Below are positions 16,517-26,047 of a DNA stretch of 43,110 bases, piece after piece. The translations under genes and the position numbers were made by a program. The DNA comes from a candidate division FCPU426 bacterium (lineage in GTDB: Bacteria; Oederibacteriota; PGYV01; Palsa-1178). Positions within the stretch are counted from its first letter, which is position 1. Each line of letters opens with the position of its first letter. The notes under the pieces were generated by a model. That model saw only the letters and a list, made by a program, of their open reading frames with translations, did not search any database and was not told where the DNA came from. The DNA is taken from assembly GCA_003159495.1 (NCBI GenBank), contig PLPI01000093.1, positions 5,833-48,942 on the forward strand, in the 5' to 3' direction.

Positions 16517-16876
16517 TCAATCCTTCCCGTCCAATCCGCTGATAAACTTTGACAGCATCATGGCGATGCTGTTAATTTGGGATTTTAATGAATCATTTTT
16601 TTCGTTAGATATCAATCCCTTGCGTTTGCACAATTCCAAAATAGGGACACACTCGTGCGCGGAACCACGGGCAATATAAAAGAATTGTTTTCTGTCATTT
16701 TTATGCCGTCTCCCGTTGCCCTCGGCAATATTCGCCGGTACGGACAATGCCGCCCTGTTTGCCTAATCCTTAATGTAATAGGTGCCCCTGTCAAAGGATT
16801 CGGTTAAGTTCGAGATTTCCTCGGCGAGGTCGAGCGATTTCTGGTAAACTTCAAGATTTTCGAACATGAAAGACAT
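16517..16876 (-). pseudogene. Four-helix-bundle protein (23S rRNA IVP/S23-like) interrupted by one in-frame TAG
   Basis: MSFMFENLEVYQKS...YYIKD*ANRAALSVPANIAEGNGR...FFYIARGSAHEC. The TAG at 16763-16765 (codon 38) replaces the Gln of the conserved DQ..RA motif. Confidence 0.9.
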
Positions 16877-16964
16877 GATTATCCCCCCCCTTTGATTTTT
16901 AGTGTGGTGTTTTTTAGGATAAAGACAAATACCTTTAAAATCTATTTCCAGAACAAAACAAATA

Positions 16965-17062
16965 CCGATAGCCGAACAGTCGAACAGCTGACCGCAGCCG
17001 ATTTTCTATTTGTTCGGCTGTTCGATTATCGGCTGCTCCGATTTTCGGCTCAGCCGAAAATC
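16965..17062. repeat. Short-repeat hairpin cluster built from [C/T]CGAACAG-like 8-mers
   Basis: 22-bp arms at 16965-16986 and 17011-17032 (3 mismatches), and palindrome GATTTTCGGCT-C-AGCCGAAAATC at 17040-17062. Confidence 0.75.
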
Positions 17063-17063
17063 A

Positions 17064-17137
17064 TGGCTGCCCGGGGTGGATTCGAACCACCATAGGAAGC
17101 TCCAAAGGCTCCAGTCTTACCATTGGACGACCGGGCA
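17064..17137 (-). tRNA. tRNA-Gln(TTG)
   Basis: Acceptor stem TGCCCGG/CCGGGCA; anticodon arm GGAGC-CTTTGGA-GCTTC; T-arm GGTGG-TTCGAAT-CCACC; encoded CCA. Confidence 0.96.
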
Positions 17138-17221
17138 ACAGAAAAGGCCATATTATGACGGGGATATTATAACAAAAGAGGGATAAAAATCAAACAATCT
17201 TATATAACCAAATTTTCGTTT

Positions 17222-20200
17222 TTATCTCAGTATTATTACCTTGTTTATCACTCCGGATTTTTCGGCTCCTTTAATATCCCTGCTTACCACCTCGTAAAAA
17301 TATATGCCGTTGGAGAATGCTTTGAACAGGTCGGCCTGGATGGAACCTTTGTTCATTCCCGCACCGGATGGATAGAGGCTTTCTTCCATAATCAGCCTTA
17401 ATGCCCTTGTATAAAATCTCACCTTTACCGTATCCGACGGGTCCAATACTTTATAAATAATATTCAAATCCCCCTTTGACGGGTTGTACGGGTTTGGATA
17501 AACAATTTCCTGCGTTGCAACTGCCTGCGGTGTATTGGTCGGCGTCGCAGCAACAGTCAATGTCAAAGTAATTGTGGCGGTAAAAGAGGGCGTAATTGTT
17601 TTTGTCGGCGGCGGAGTCGCTGAGGCCGTATTTGCCGGGGTTATGGTTATTGTCATTGTGGACGTCTGTGTATTTGCCGGAGTATTCGTTCCTGTTTGTG
17701 TGTATGTCTGCGCCGCCGTGGCTGTGTTTGTAAATGGCGTTGTTTCCGTCAGGGTTGGCGTTACAGTGTATGACGGTGTGTTTTGCTGCGTCCATGTCGA
17801 TGTTGCCGTGGTTGTCACGGTCAACGTCGGCGAATCACCTTCGGTCGGCGTGTCTGTTATTGAATATGTCAGCGTCGCGGTAAAGGTAAAAGTATCCGGC
17901 AGCGTGGAAGTTTCCGTCAGCGTAGGTGTGTACGTGGCTGTAAAAGTGCCCGTTGATGTCAGAGTCGCGGAATATGTGGGCGTCGGCGTTATTGTAAATG
18001 TCGGCGTTAATGTCAGCGTCTCGCTGAAAGTCGGCGTGGCGCTTTCGGTCCAGCTCGGGGTTGCCGTCTGCGTATCTGTCATCGTGCCATAGCCGGTCGT
18101 CCATGTGGGTGAAATTGTCAGCGTGGATGACGCAGTCGGGGTTGATGTGTATGTTGAAGAGGCTGTGGATGTGCGGGTTGCCGTAAATGTCTGTGTCATT
18201 GAAGGCGTATCAGTGGCTGTTTTTGTGAATGTCGGTATTGTTGTCGAAGAAAATGTCCATGTCAGCGTCGCCGTAGCAGTACCTGTCGGCGTATAAGTCT
18301 TTGTCGCGCTGGCGGTAAATGTCTGCGTCGCGGTAAATGTTCCGGTTGCCGTCTGCGTCCCGGTGGGCGTAAAGGTCACGGTCGCTGTAAAAGTGGGCGT
18401 TGCGCTCCCTGTTGCCGAACCAGTCGGGGTTGCGGTGCGGGTTATTGTAGATGATGGCGTACCTGTAAATGTCGGCGTACGGGTCTGCGTGGAGGTTGCT
18501 GAATTTGCCGGCGTCACAGTCACGGAAGGCGTCACAGTCGGCGTCGCCGTCAGTGTCGGGCTCGATGTTGACGTGCGAGTCGCCGTGTATGTCATAGTGG
18601 CGCTTGGTGTCGCTGTAAAGGTCTGCGTATTTGTCCTCGTAAATGTCGGGGTGTTGGTCCTGGTCATGGTAAATGTAAAGCTTGAAACGGGCGTGTTTGT
18701 CGGCGTTGTCGGCCCGCCGCACGCGGATACTCCCGTCACGGGATTTATCCCGGTTAAGGCATCCTGAGTCGTCGCGCTTGTATATTCGCAGACAAGGTTT
18801 GCCCCCTCAAATAGGTTGAAATAAGGGTCCTCGTGATATGTGGTATTTGTCCCCAGCTGTGAAAAATCATCGCAGCTGTCGTCAAATGGAGTTGCCCATG
18901 AATTCCTGTAAATTTCAGCGCCCGAACTCAGGTCAAGATAACCGCCGTTTGCCGGTATTACAGTTACCCCCGAAAATGTCAGGTCCACGTATTTATTAAC
19001 TTTTCTTGTAGATGAATATATATAAGTTGTTGCCGCCGTCGCGGTTACCAGCGTACACGAAACGCTTCCCTGGCTGACCCCGGCAGAATTATATACGGCC
19101 CCGCCCCAGCACCCGTTTATACCGAAGGTGTCTGATGTGTTTGCGCAGTAAAAATATGCCCTTACCGTCAGGCTGTTCAAAGCAACGTCAACCGTGTCGT
19201 TGTTGATAATCTTCACCTTATACTTGAAGGAATTTGCAACGCACGGGTCGTTTCCGCTGTTGTCGTTTGCCACCTGAAGGTTCAGTTTATTCGTAGCCGG
19301 GGCTGTCGGAGTTACCGTAAAAGTCGGTGTAACGGTCGCGGTGAACGTCTTTGTCCATAACGGATTTGCAGTCAGTGTCAGCGTAATGGTCGGCGTCGCG
19401 GTGGCCGTGTACATGTTCCTGAAATTGGGAAAATTTCCGGTTATCATTAACAGCGACATCAACTGATGGCAACCGCCGTAATACTGTGATGTGATATCCA
19501 TGGTGGATAAATAGGAATAAAAACTGTTTATGACCGTCTGGTATGTTGAAGAAACCATGAGCGAGCAGGCCGCCGGCCCTATAAAAGCGCCGTTATGGTT
19601 TGAGCTGGAAATCGAGCCGTTTGAGGTGTTGTATCCGTCTCCGACTCCGCCCGCGCCTTCCGGGCCGAATAATGAGGCCAGGAGGCCTATCTCGGTCTGT
19701 GAATTCGTGTCGCCGTTCCAGATATAATCGGCCGCGTATCTCCATGGTATCCTGCAGGAATTGTAGCCGTATGATGTGCTTCCAAGGGTTTCCCCGACCA
19801 GGCCGTCAACCCCCTTGTTGGCGTTGATATCCGCGGCGCATTTCGCGATAACATTGTTCCAGAAGGTTGTGTCGCTTGTAGCATCGCCGTAAACCCTGTA
19901 CCAGGCCGGCGTGTAGTATGAAGGGTAATATGTGCCGTCCCAGTTGTCCCCGGGTTTGACATGATAGTCCGAAGACCCTATTTCATACTGCTTGATTTTG
20001 GCCACTTCGGCCTGTCCGAGCGCGAGGTAATTATATGTTCCGCCGCTCCCCCACTGTTTGTCAGCCATGATAAGGGCAAAGGCGATATCCTCATCCCCGT
20101 CCGTGGCGGAATACGTGCCGGAAATATTTCCCGAAGAATCCTCGTGCCAGTTCATGAGCCCGTAGGAATCATTATAATGTGTTTTGTAAACCCATAACCC

Positions 20201-20512
20201 GTTAAAAGTGGCCTGATCGTCAAAATAAACAGTGATTATCATACCATAGCCTATGCCTTCGGATACGGTATCATTGCCGTCGGTGTTTCTTAATACCCTT
20301 AACCCGCCCGACGGGCATCCGCCTGACGTTATATAAGAACTTTTCCAGCTTGAATACAGGTTTGAAAGCGTGGCCGAACTGCCGTTGGTGGCTTTTATTC
20401 CATGGGGATATGTGAAATTTTGCGGGAACGGAAAATTACCCGCATAAGAATACGCAGTGACAGCTGTAATTACGCCGAATATAAAAACAAGCCTTTTTAG
20501 AGTAAAGCGCAT
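17222..20512 (-). CDS. Secreted GH8 glycoside hydrolase + CBM3-like domain + very long Thr-rich stalk + C-terminal sorting domain
   Basis: TVSEGIGYGM, LMNW, SATDGDEDIAFAL, YNSCRIPWR (GH8); VKIINN..VDVALNSLTVRAYF (CBM3-like); YPNPYNP tail. Confidence 0.93.
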   Translation of the reverse strand: MRFTLKRLVFIFGVITAVTAYSYAGNFPFPQNFTYPHGIKATNGSSATLSNLYSSWKSSYITSGGCPSGGLRVLRNTDGNDTVSEGIGYGMIITVYFDDQATFNGLWVYKTHYNDSYGLMNWHEDSSGNISGTYSATDGDEDIAFALIMADKQWGSGGTYNYLALGQAEVAKIKQYEIGSSDYHVKPGDNWDGTYYPSYYTPAWYRVYGDATSDTTFWNNVIAKCAADINANKGVDGLVGETLGSTSYGYNSCRIPWRYAADYIWNGDTNSQTEIGLLASLFGPEGAGGVGDGYNTSNGSISSSNHNGAFIGPAACSLMVSSTYQTVINSFYSYLSTMDITSQYYGGCHQLMSLLMITGNFPNFRNMYTATATPTITLTLTANPLWTKTFTATVTPTFTVTPTAPATNKLNLQVANDNSGNDPCVANSFKYKVKIINNDTVDVALNSLTVRAYFYCANTSDTFGINGCWGGAVYNSAGVSQGSVSCTLVTATAATTYIYSSTRKVNKYVDLTFSGVTVIPANGGYLDLSSGAEIYRNSWATPFDDSCDDFSQLGTNTTYHEDPYFNLFEGANLVCEYTSATTQDALTGINPVTGVSACGGPTTPTNTPVSSFTFTMTRTNTPTFTRTNTQTFTATPSATMTYTATRTSTSSPTLTATPTVTPSVTVTPANSATSTQTRTPTFTGTPSSTITRTATPTGSATGSATPTFTATVTFTPTGTQTATGTFTATQTFTASATKTYTPTGTATATLTWTFSSTTIPTFTKTATDTPSMTQTFTATRTSTASSTYTSTPTASSTLTISPTWTTGYGTMTDTQTATPSWTESATPTFSETLTLTPTFTITPTPTYSATLTSTGTFTATYTPTLTETSTLPDTFTFTATLTYSITDTPTEGDSPTLTVTTTATSTWTQQNTPSYTVTPTLTETTPFTNTATAAQTYTQTGTNTPANTQTSTMTITITPANTASATPPPTKTITPSFTATITLTLTVAATPTNTPQAVATQEIVYPNPYNPSKGDLNIIYKVLDPSDTVKVRFYTRALRLIMEESLYPSGAGMNKGSIQADLFKAFSNGIYFYEVVSRDIKGAEKSGVINKVIILR

Positions 20513-20614
20513 TTACATATAACCTCACTTTATCTCCCTCAAGCATAATATATCATAAAAATATGCTCTTTTCTATAATAAAAACCTTTTCACAAAATGA
20601 AATGTGGTTTTAAT

Positions 20615-21409
20615 TTACCACCCGTATTCAATGACTTCCTCATGAGGCCTTCTCCACCAGCCATCGAAACGGTAGGTAAGATTTACGCCAAGCATCATTC
20701 CGGAAAAATCTGCGGCAATATTGTTTCCGCTGACTCCAACCAGCGGGCCGCCTGCCTCCCCGACAAAAGCGCCGTTAGAATCATATACCGAGGAAACGGA
20801 AGTCAGTTCAGAAATGTTCGCGAACCTGTATCCCAGATTCAATCCCAGCGAGAAGTTCTTCGTAAACCATAAATCAGCATTCACAACTCCTTCGCCGCAA
20901 AATCCCCAGCCTTCAAACAACGCCTCGTAACTTCTGTCAAAATTCGTTGTATCCACAGTGTGCTGGTAATAATCAATATACCCGTCCGCGAGCCCGCCGT
21001 ATACACCGGCCGTAAGGGTAAATGGATTGCCTTTGCCGTGAAATGTATATGATAAACCGAGCATTAAAGGCACCATATAAGGTGTCACCTGGTAATCCTG
21101 GTAATAATATCCGTTAGTCGTATAATTATATGTCATTTCTCCTGAATCCATTCCTATAAATTCCATCCTGAAATGCACTCCGAGCCCCTCCGGCGCAATA
21201 TACATCGCGTCAATGCCGGTAAACCACGCGTTTCCAAGCTGTATGTTTGTGATGCCATCTCCTGAATCTTTTGTTATAAGGTCCGAATTTACCTTTGACA
21301 TGTTAACCGAGGTGTAGCCGCCTATAAGTTCGGTATAATAGCCGTAACCAAAAATATTTGAAGCAGAAAGAATCGCGAAAAGAACAATGGCGCCGAAGAT
21401 TTTCTTCAT
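20615..21409 (-). CDS. Outer-membrane beta-barrel protein
   Basis: Signal peptide; amphipathic strands (VPLMLGLSYTF, LGLNLGYRFA, DFSGMMLGVNLTYRF); AGGAG RBS. Confidence 0.8.
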   Translation of the reverse strand: MKKIFGAIVLFAILSASNIFGYGYYTELIGGYTSVNMSKVNSDLITKDSGDGITNIQLGNAWFTGIDAMYIAPEGLGVHFRMEFIGMDSGEMTYNYTTNGYYYQDYQVTPYMVPLMLGLSYTFHGKGNPFTLTAGVYGGLADGYIDYYQHTVDTTNFDRSYEALFEGWGFCGEGVVNADLWFTKNFSLGLNLGYRFANISELTSVSSVYDSNGAFVGEAGGPLVGVSGNNIAADFSGMMLGVNLTYRFDGWWRRPHEEVIEYGW

Positions 21410-21552
21410 TGCACACTCCTTATATTTTATTTTTAAAAAATCATCTTGAATATTTGACGGTTGTATCTGATAAAAGGTTTACATAAATTACCACCCTTTT
21501 CGGAGTCACTCCTCAAGCGAGCCTGTTCCCCGTATTAAGGGTGTCTTGTTTA

Positions 21553-21675
21553 TTACTTCGCCTTGCCTGCCGATTTTGCCGCAACAATTTTTTTTCCGGC
21601 TTTTTCTTTCCTTTTCTTTGCCTGGCGCGCCTCAGCCTGCGACCTTAAAACCCTTTTCGGTACCGAACTGCTCAT
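21553..21675 (-). CDS. Small Lys/Ala-rich basic protein, 40 aa (below the ORF-track cutoff)
   Basis: MSSSVPKRVLRSQAEARQAKKRKEKAGKKIVAAKSAGKAK; strong AAGGAGGT RBS; tandem TAA TAA stops. Confidence 0.7.
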   Translation of the reverse strand: MSSSVPKRVLRSQAEARQAKKRKEKAGKKIVAAKSAGKAK

Positions 21676-21819
21676 AATTAACCTCCTTTTTGGACAAACC
21701 TGCGGAGGGAATAATATCGCCCTCATTGATACCCGCAGTCTTTTAAAACTGTTTATACATATTACACTATTTTAAATTATTATGCAGGATTTTATTATGC
21801 GCTGATAATATTTAATGCT

Positions 21820-24800
21820 TTACCGCGAGTCGGGCAGGCTTACCGTGAATATTGTCCCCCGGCCGGCCTCGCTCACGGCGTTTAAGGCCCCGTTGTGGTA
21901 GTCTATTATCTGCCTGCAAACGGTGAGCCCCAGACCGGTCCCTTTCGCCTTTGTGGTAAAAAACGGGTCGAATATCCTGGGCAGGCTCTCGGGCCTTATG
22001 TGCTCGCCGTTGTTTTCAAAGGCTATTTCCACGGCACCCTCCCTTTTCACGGCGGAGATTTTTATCCTGCCCCCATCCTTCGGCGCGGCGTCAAGGGCGT
22101 TATTTAAAATATTGTAAAAAACCTCTTTTATCTGTATCGGGTCGGCGGGTATCGAAACTCCCTCAAGGCTGCCGTAACTTTTTTCAACAGCGGCGTTTTT
22201 CCCGTTCTTGTCCGCAATGGCGCCCACGGATTCGTCGAGGATATCATAAATTGCGGTGTTTTCATAGTGAGGCGGTTTTAACCGCGAATAATAAAGCAGG
22301 TTGTTTATTATCTGCACGCCTTCGGAGAGCTTTTTCTGTATATTCTCCAGGCTCGCGGTCATATATTGATCCGTTGTCTTTCTTTTCATGTTATAAACCA
22401 CCACGCCTATCGCGGCCATCGGGTTCCTGAGCTCGTGGGCAACTATTGCGGCCAGCGACCCTATGTCCGAAAGGCGCTTTGACTTTTCAAGCTCCAGTTT
22501 TGTTTCAACAAGGGCCTCTGTCTTTTCCCGGACGAGCCTGTAAAAGGTCTCATTGTCGCGTTTCAGTATATCTTCGGCCTGTTTTCTCTCGGTTATATCC
22601 TCATTTGTTGACATCATGACTTTTCTGCCGTTCACCTCAATGGTGTCGGTATTTACCAGCACGGCGCGCTTCACGCCGGAGCGGGTAACAATATCCATTT
22701 CAATGAGCCTGGCCATGCCGTTTTCCGCGAATTCATCAAGTACATGCGCCCACTTTTCTATGCGGGAAGGCAGGCCGAGCTCCGGCAGCGTTTTGCCTAC
22801 GACCTCTTTTTTATCCGTAAATCCGGTTATATCAAGCCATGCCCTGTTTACGTCGATGAGCCTGCCGTCGTGGATTTCCGCAAGGGATATTCCCACGGGC
22901 GCGGAATTGAATATCGTCATAAATTTCTGTTCGCTTTCAATCCGCGCGTCTTCGGCAAGTTTCCTTCCTGTAACTTCCCTGCTGATAATGGTTGCCCCTT
23001 CCGCCGAAGGAAATAACCTTACATCAAAATACCGCGTCATTCCGTCAATTACCGTTTTATTTTCGTAACGCATGGATTTTCCTGTTTTCAGGCACACCAT
23101 CTGGTATTCTGTGGTTTTTCTTGTATCTTCGTTGTCGCCAAAGATTTCGATCCTTGTTTTTCCCAGGGCTTCTTCCGCGCTTATTCCCGATATATTTTCC
23201 GCGGTTTTGTTCCAGTAGGTAAACCTGAGGTTCCTGTCAATCGCCGTAAATGTGTCAAGGATGCTCTCGGTAAGAAGCTTGAGCCTGTTTTCGTTTATCT
23301 TCAGAAGTTCCTCTGTCCGCCTGCTCTCTGTGATGTCCACGAATGACACGACCGCCCCGAACAGCCTGCCGTCAACAGAACGTATAGGAGCCGCGCTTGC
23401 CGACACCCACAGCTTATTTTCCGAAAAAACCGTTCCCATAACAACATTTTGAACCATCTCTCCGCGCAGGGCACGGACTGTGGGAATATTATCCGGTTTA
23501 AGCGGAGTCCCGTCCCCGTTCTCCCACTTGATTGTTTCAAGCCTTTGCTTTATTGTCAGCTCCTTAAACGCCTGCTCAGGAAGGAGCCTTTTCGCCACAT
23601 TATTCATCATTATGGCCTTTCCCGATATGTCGTAGGCGATAAGGCCTGTGGCCATCGATAAAATTATAGAATCCAGTTTTGCCGCCCTGTCCTGGACCTC
23701 TAAAAGCAGCCGTTTATTTTCCTCTTCGACGCGCCTGCTGGCGGTAATATCCTCAATGAGCGACATTACGGATTCCATCTTGCCGTTTTTGTCCAGCAGT
23801 ACCGAGTTGTACCATGTGCATACTATGACGTCCCTTGATTTTGTGACATTCCGGTTCGTTGATGTTACCGTTAACTCACTGCCGCTGGAGAGCCTTTCCA
23901 TGGTCTTTTCCACAATCTGGATGTCGTCCTTGAATATCAGGTTCAAAAGATCTATCCTTATCCCTATGGTCTCCTCTTTTTTCCACCCGAAAATACGCTC
24001 CGCCTCGGTGGACCAGTGGGTTACAATGTAATTCGCGTCCCATTCGACCACAGCAAGGGGGGAATTTATATAATGGTATTTAAGCCTCTGTTCGCTCTGC
24101 CTGAGCTCTTTTTCCGCCAGTTTCGTCTGTGTTATGTCGCGCCATGCCACCACATACCCGTTGAATTTTCCGTTTTTATCTATAACGGGTCCGGCTTCCG
24201 CGGTTATTATCCTTTCGGGCAATCCATTCGGCCTTAAAAGATATTCGCCGCCGTGTATAGTTTCTCCATTTTTCAGTATCCTGGCTATGGGCAGTTCCAG
24301 GGGTTTGACGCGTTCCCCGTCCATTGTATACAGGGGCATTTTGTTTAACCAGGCGTCAAGGGTAAACTCCGTTTTATCAGAGCCGATCCATTCTTTAAGG
24401 CATCTGCTGATACGCACATGCTCGCCGTCCCCCTTTGAAAGAACAATCCCTTCCGGGATGTTTTCAAGGAGCATATTAAGAAGATTTTCGCCGTCCTCGG
24501 CTTCACGGGCCCTGGCTTCGGCAATATCCCAGGCTTTCAGAAGGTCGTCGTGGCTGCGTTTAAGTTCTGTAATGTCGTGATTTATTATTATGTATCCGCT
24601 GAGGTCATTTCCGGACGCGCGCTGCGGCATTATCGTAGAGTCGAAGACCAGCATCCCGCCGTTTTTATCCATATGCTCAATTCTGAATTTTACCGGCGCC
24701 TTTTCCATCCTGACCTGCGTTAATATTTCAAATATTTCCGGCCCTATCTTTTCACCGGTAACGTCTATTGCGGACTTTCCGATGACTTCTTTGGCCCTCC

Positions 24801-25053
24801 AGCCGTATATCCTTTCCGCGGCCGGGTTCCACGAAGTTATAATAAGGCGGTCGTCCATTGTATACGCGGCATCCGAAATATTATAAAGCAAATCCTGCTG
24901 AAGTTTTATTGTAAGGCAGGCGGAACTTTCCGGGATTGATTTGGAATGCCGGCCTGCGGGCTGCCGCGCTGTTTTTATTTTTGATGCCGCCCTTTTAGTT
25001 TCTTTTACCACGGGTTTATCACCCGGCGCGTCCGGTTTTTTTCCGGCTTTCAC
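21820..25053 (-). CDS. Cytoplasmic multi-PAS sensor histidine kinase
   Basis: About six PAS/PAC repeats (WNPAAERIYGW, DIT..K/R); H-box AHELRNP; N-box NILNNALDA; FDPFFTTK..GTGLGL. Confidence 0.96.
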   Translation of the reverse strand: MKAGKKPDAPGDKPVVKETKRAASKIKTARQPAGRHSKSIPESSACLTIKLQQDLLYNISDAAYTMDDRLIITSWNPAAERIYGWRAKEVIGKSAIDVTGEKIGPEIFEILTQVRMEKAPVKFRIEHMDKNGGMLVFDSTIMPQRASGNDLSGYIIINHDITELKRSHDDLLKAWDIAEARAREAEDGENLLNMLLENIPEGIVLSKGDGEHVRISRCLKEWIGSDKTEFTLDAWLNKMPLYTMDGERVKPLELPIARILKNGETIHGGEYLLRPNGLPERIITAEAGPVIDKNGKFNGYVVAWRDITQTKLAEKELRQSEQRLKYHYINSPLAVVEWDANYIVTHWSTEAERIFGWKKEETIGIRIDLLNLIFKDDIQIVEKTMERLSSGSELTVTSTNRNVTKSRDVIVCTWYNSVLLDKNGKMESVMSLIEDITASRRVEEENKRLLLEVQDRAAKLDSIILSMATGLIAYDISGKAIMMNNVAKRLLPEQAFKELTIKQRLETIKWENGDGTPLKPDNIPTVRALRGEMVQNVVMGTVFSENKLWVSASAAPIRSVDGRLFGAVVSFVDITESRRTEELLKINENRLKLLTESILDTFTAIDRNLRFTYWNKTAENISGISAEEALGKTRIEIFGDNEDTRKTTEYQMVCLKTGKSMRYENKTVIDGMTRYFDVRLFPSAEGATIISREVTGRKLAEDARIESEQKFMTIFNSAPVGISLAEIHDGRLIDVNRAWLDITGFTDKKEVVGKTLPELGLPSRIEKWAHVLDEFAENGMARLIEMDIVTRSGVKRAVLVNTDTIEVNGRKVMMSTNEDITERKQAEDILKRDNETFYRLVREKTEALVETKLELEKSKRLSDIGSLAAIVAHELRNPMAAIGVVVYNMKRKTTDQYMTASLENIQKKLSEGVQIINNLLYYSRLKPPHYENTAIYDILDESVGAIADKNGKNAAVEKSYGSLEGVSIPADPIQIKEVFYNILNNALDAAPKDGGRIKISAVKREGAVEIAFENNGEHIRPESLPRIFDPFFTTKAKGTGLGLTVCRQIIDYHNGALNAVSEAGRGTIFTVSLPDSR

Positions 25054-25178
25054 CTTTTTACCCGCCTTTTAGCAAAAAACTTTTTCATGTCCGCCCCTTG
25101 TTATTATCTTATTTAACGGCATTATAACCCCGGCAGTCCGCCGTTTCAAGCTGTTTATAAATCTCTATTGGCCCGCCT

Positions 25179-25610
25179 TTATGCCTGTTCCAGGCAGGAT
25201 TTGATGTTGAGCATCAGTTCCTCCATGTCAAAAGGCTTTGTCATCACATTTGACGCCAGCCCGAGAATGCGGTAGTGCTCGTCGGAGAGCGAATTGCCAA
25301 GAAGATTGCCGGTCAGCACCACGGTCTTTATCGCCATCTTTTCATCTTCCAGTTTTTTCAGCACTTCAAATCCGTTGATTCTCGGCATTTTCAGATCCAA
25401 AAGCAGCAGGTCAAACCGCCTAGCCTTTAACAGTTCAAGCGCGTCTTCGCCGTTTTCCGCGGTGACGGTTTCATAGCCTTCGTCTTTAAGGGCTTCCGAG
25501 AGGCCGCCGCATATCACCGAATCATCATCCGCGATTAAAATCCATTTTTTCATCCTGTTTTCTCCGCTGTAAATTATGGCTCCGCCTGTGGAATCCGCTG
25601 CTGACATCAC
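25179..25610 (-). CDS. Single-domain response regulator (start 25610 or 25553)
   Basis: ILIADDD, DLLLLDLKMP, VVLTG, KPF. Confidence 0.93.
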   Translation of the reverse strand: MMSAADSTGGAIIYSGENRMKKWILIADDDSVICGGLSEALKDEGYETVTAENGEDALELLKARRFDLLLLDLKMPRINGFEVLKKLEDEKMAIKTVVLTGNLLGNSLSDEHYRILGLASNVMTKPFDMEELMLNIKSCLEQA

Positions 25611-25903
25611 GCGCCCTGCGCTGAAATCTCATCCGGCCATGAAGTTTTGTTGAACTGATCCAGCACCTTTTTTGAAATTATATCCCTCATCCCGGTGTTG
25701 ATAGGATGGGCGATGTCCTTGAATGTCCCGTCGGCGAGCTTTCTTCCGGGCATCACGACAAAAAGCCCGTTGCCGCCTTTAATTACCTTCAAACCCTTTA
25801 CCACGAACATGTCGTCAAAGGTGATTGACGCGTAAGCCTTCAGCTTACGGTCATTTTCCTCGTCCGCACCCCTTGGAAAAACCCTTACTTCAGTGATCTC
25901 CAT
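25607..25903 (-). CDS. spoVG: SpoVG family nucleic-acid-binding regulator
   Basis: MEITEVRV...KLKAYASITFDDMFVVKGLKVI.G.NGLFVVMP.RK..DGTFKDIAHPIN; AGGAGG RBS. Confidence 0.95.
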   Translation of the reverse strand: MEITEVRVFPRGADEENDRKLKAYASITFDDMFVVKGLKVIKGGNGLFVVMPGRKLADGTFKDIAHPINTGMRDIISKKVLDQFNKTSWPDEISAQGA

Positions 25904-26047
25904 AACTCGCCTCCTGATGAATTTTTTCGGCGCCTTTTAATAAGAGCCGTCCGGCATATCCGGAATTTTTTTCGTCAGGATATTTATACTAAAAACGGGG
26001 TTTTATTGACAGGGCATTAATTTGTTTTATACCGACTTTTTTTGACA

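Noticed and set aside
16763-16765. Genome-wide TAG-to-Gln recoding or an amber suppressor tRNA
   Set aside because: TAG ends tspO (5871), the Fic gene (15254) and the GH-A gene right after its conserved tail (30762); the tRNA anticodons are TTG and CTG, not CTA.
16517-16876. Diversity-generating retroelement (Avd-like gene)
   Set aside because: No reverse transcriptase and no TR/VR pair with adenine-specific mismatches; the differences between the 190-bp repeats are compensatory, not A-specific.
11815-17064. Intact prophage or ICE integrated at tRNA-Gln(TTG)
   Set aside because: No integrase, structural or conjugation genes, and I found no duplicate of the tRNA 3' end by eye; described only as an accessory tract.
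16892-17095. ORFs overlapping tRNAs (16892-17095 and 30654-30839)
   Set aside because: Spurious translations of tRNA and repeat sequence.
17535-18767. Val-rich plus-strand ORFs (also 848-1210 on minus, 2734-3258, 8076-8726, 31042-31245)
   Set aside because: Antisense shadows of Thr/Ala-rich stalks; they lack independent coding signals.
2487-20512. Cellulosome (cohesin/dockerin) or SusC/SusD polysaccharide utilisation locus
   Set aside because: No duplicated dockerin Ca-binding repeats, cohesins, SLH domains or TonB-dependent receptor are seen, and the CAZymes are dispersed.
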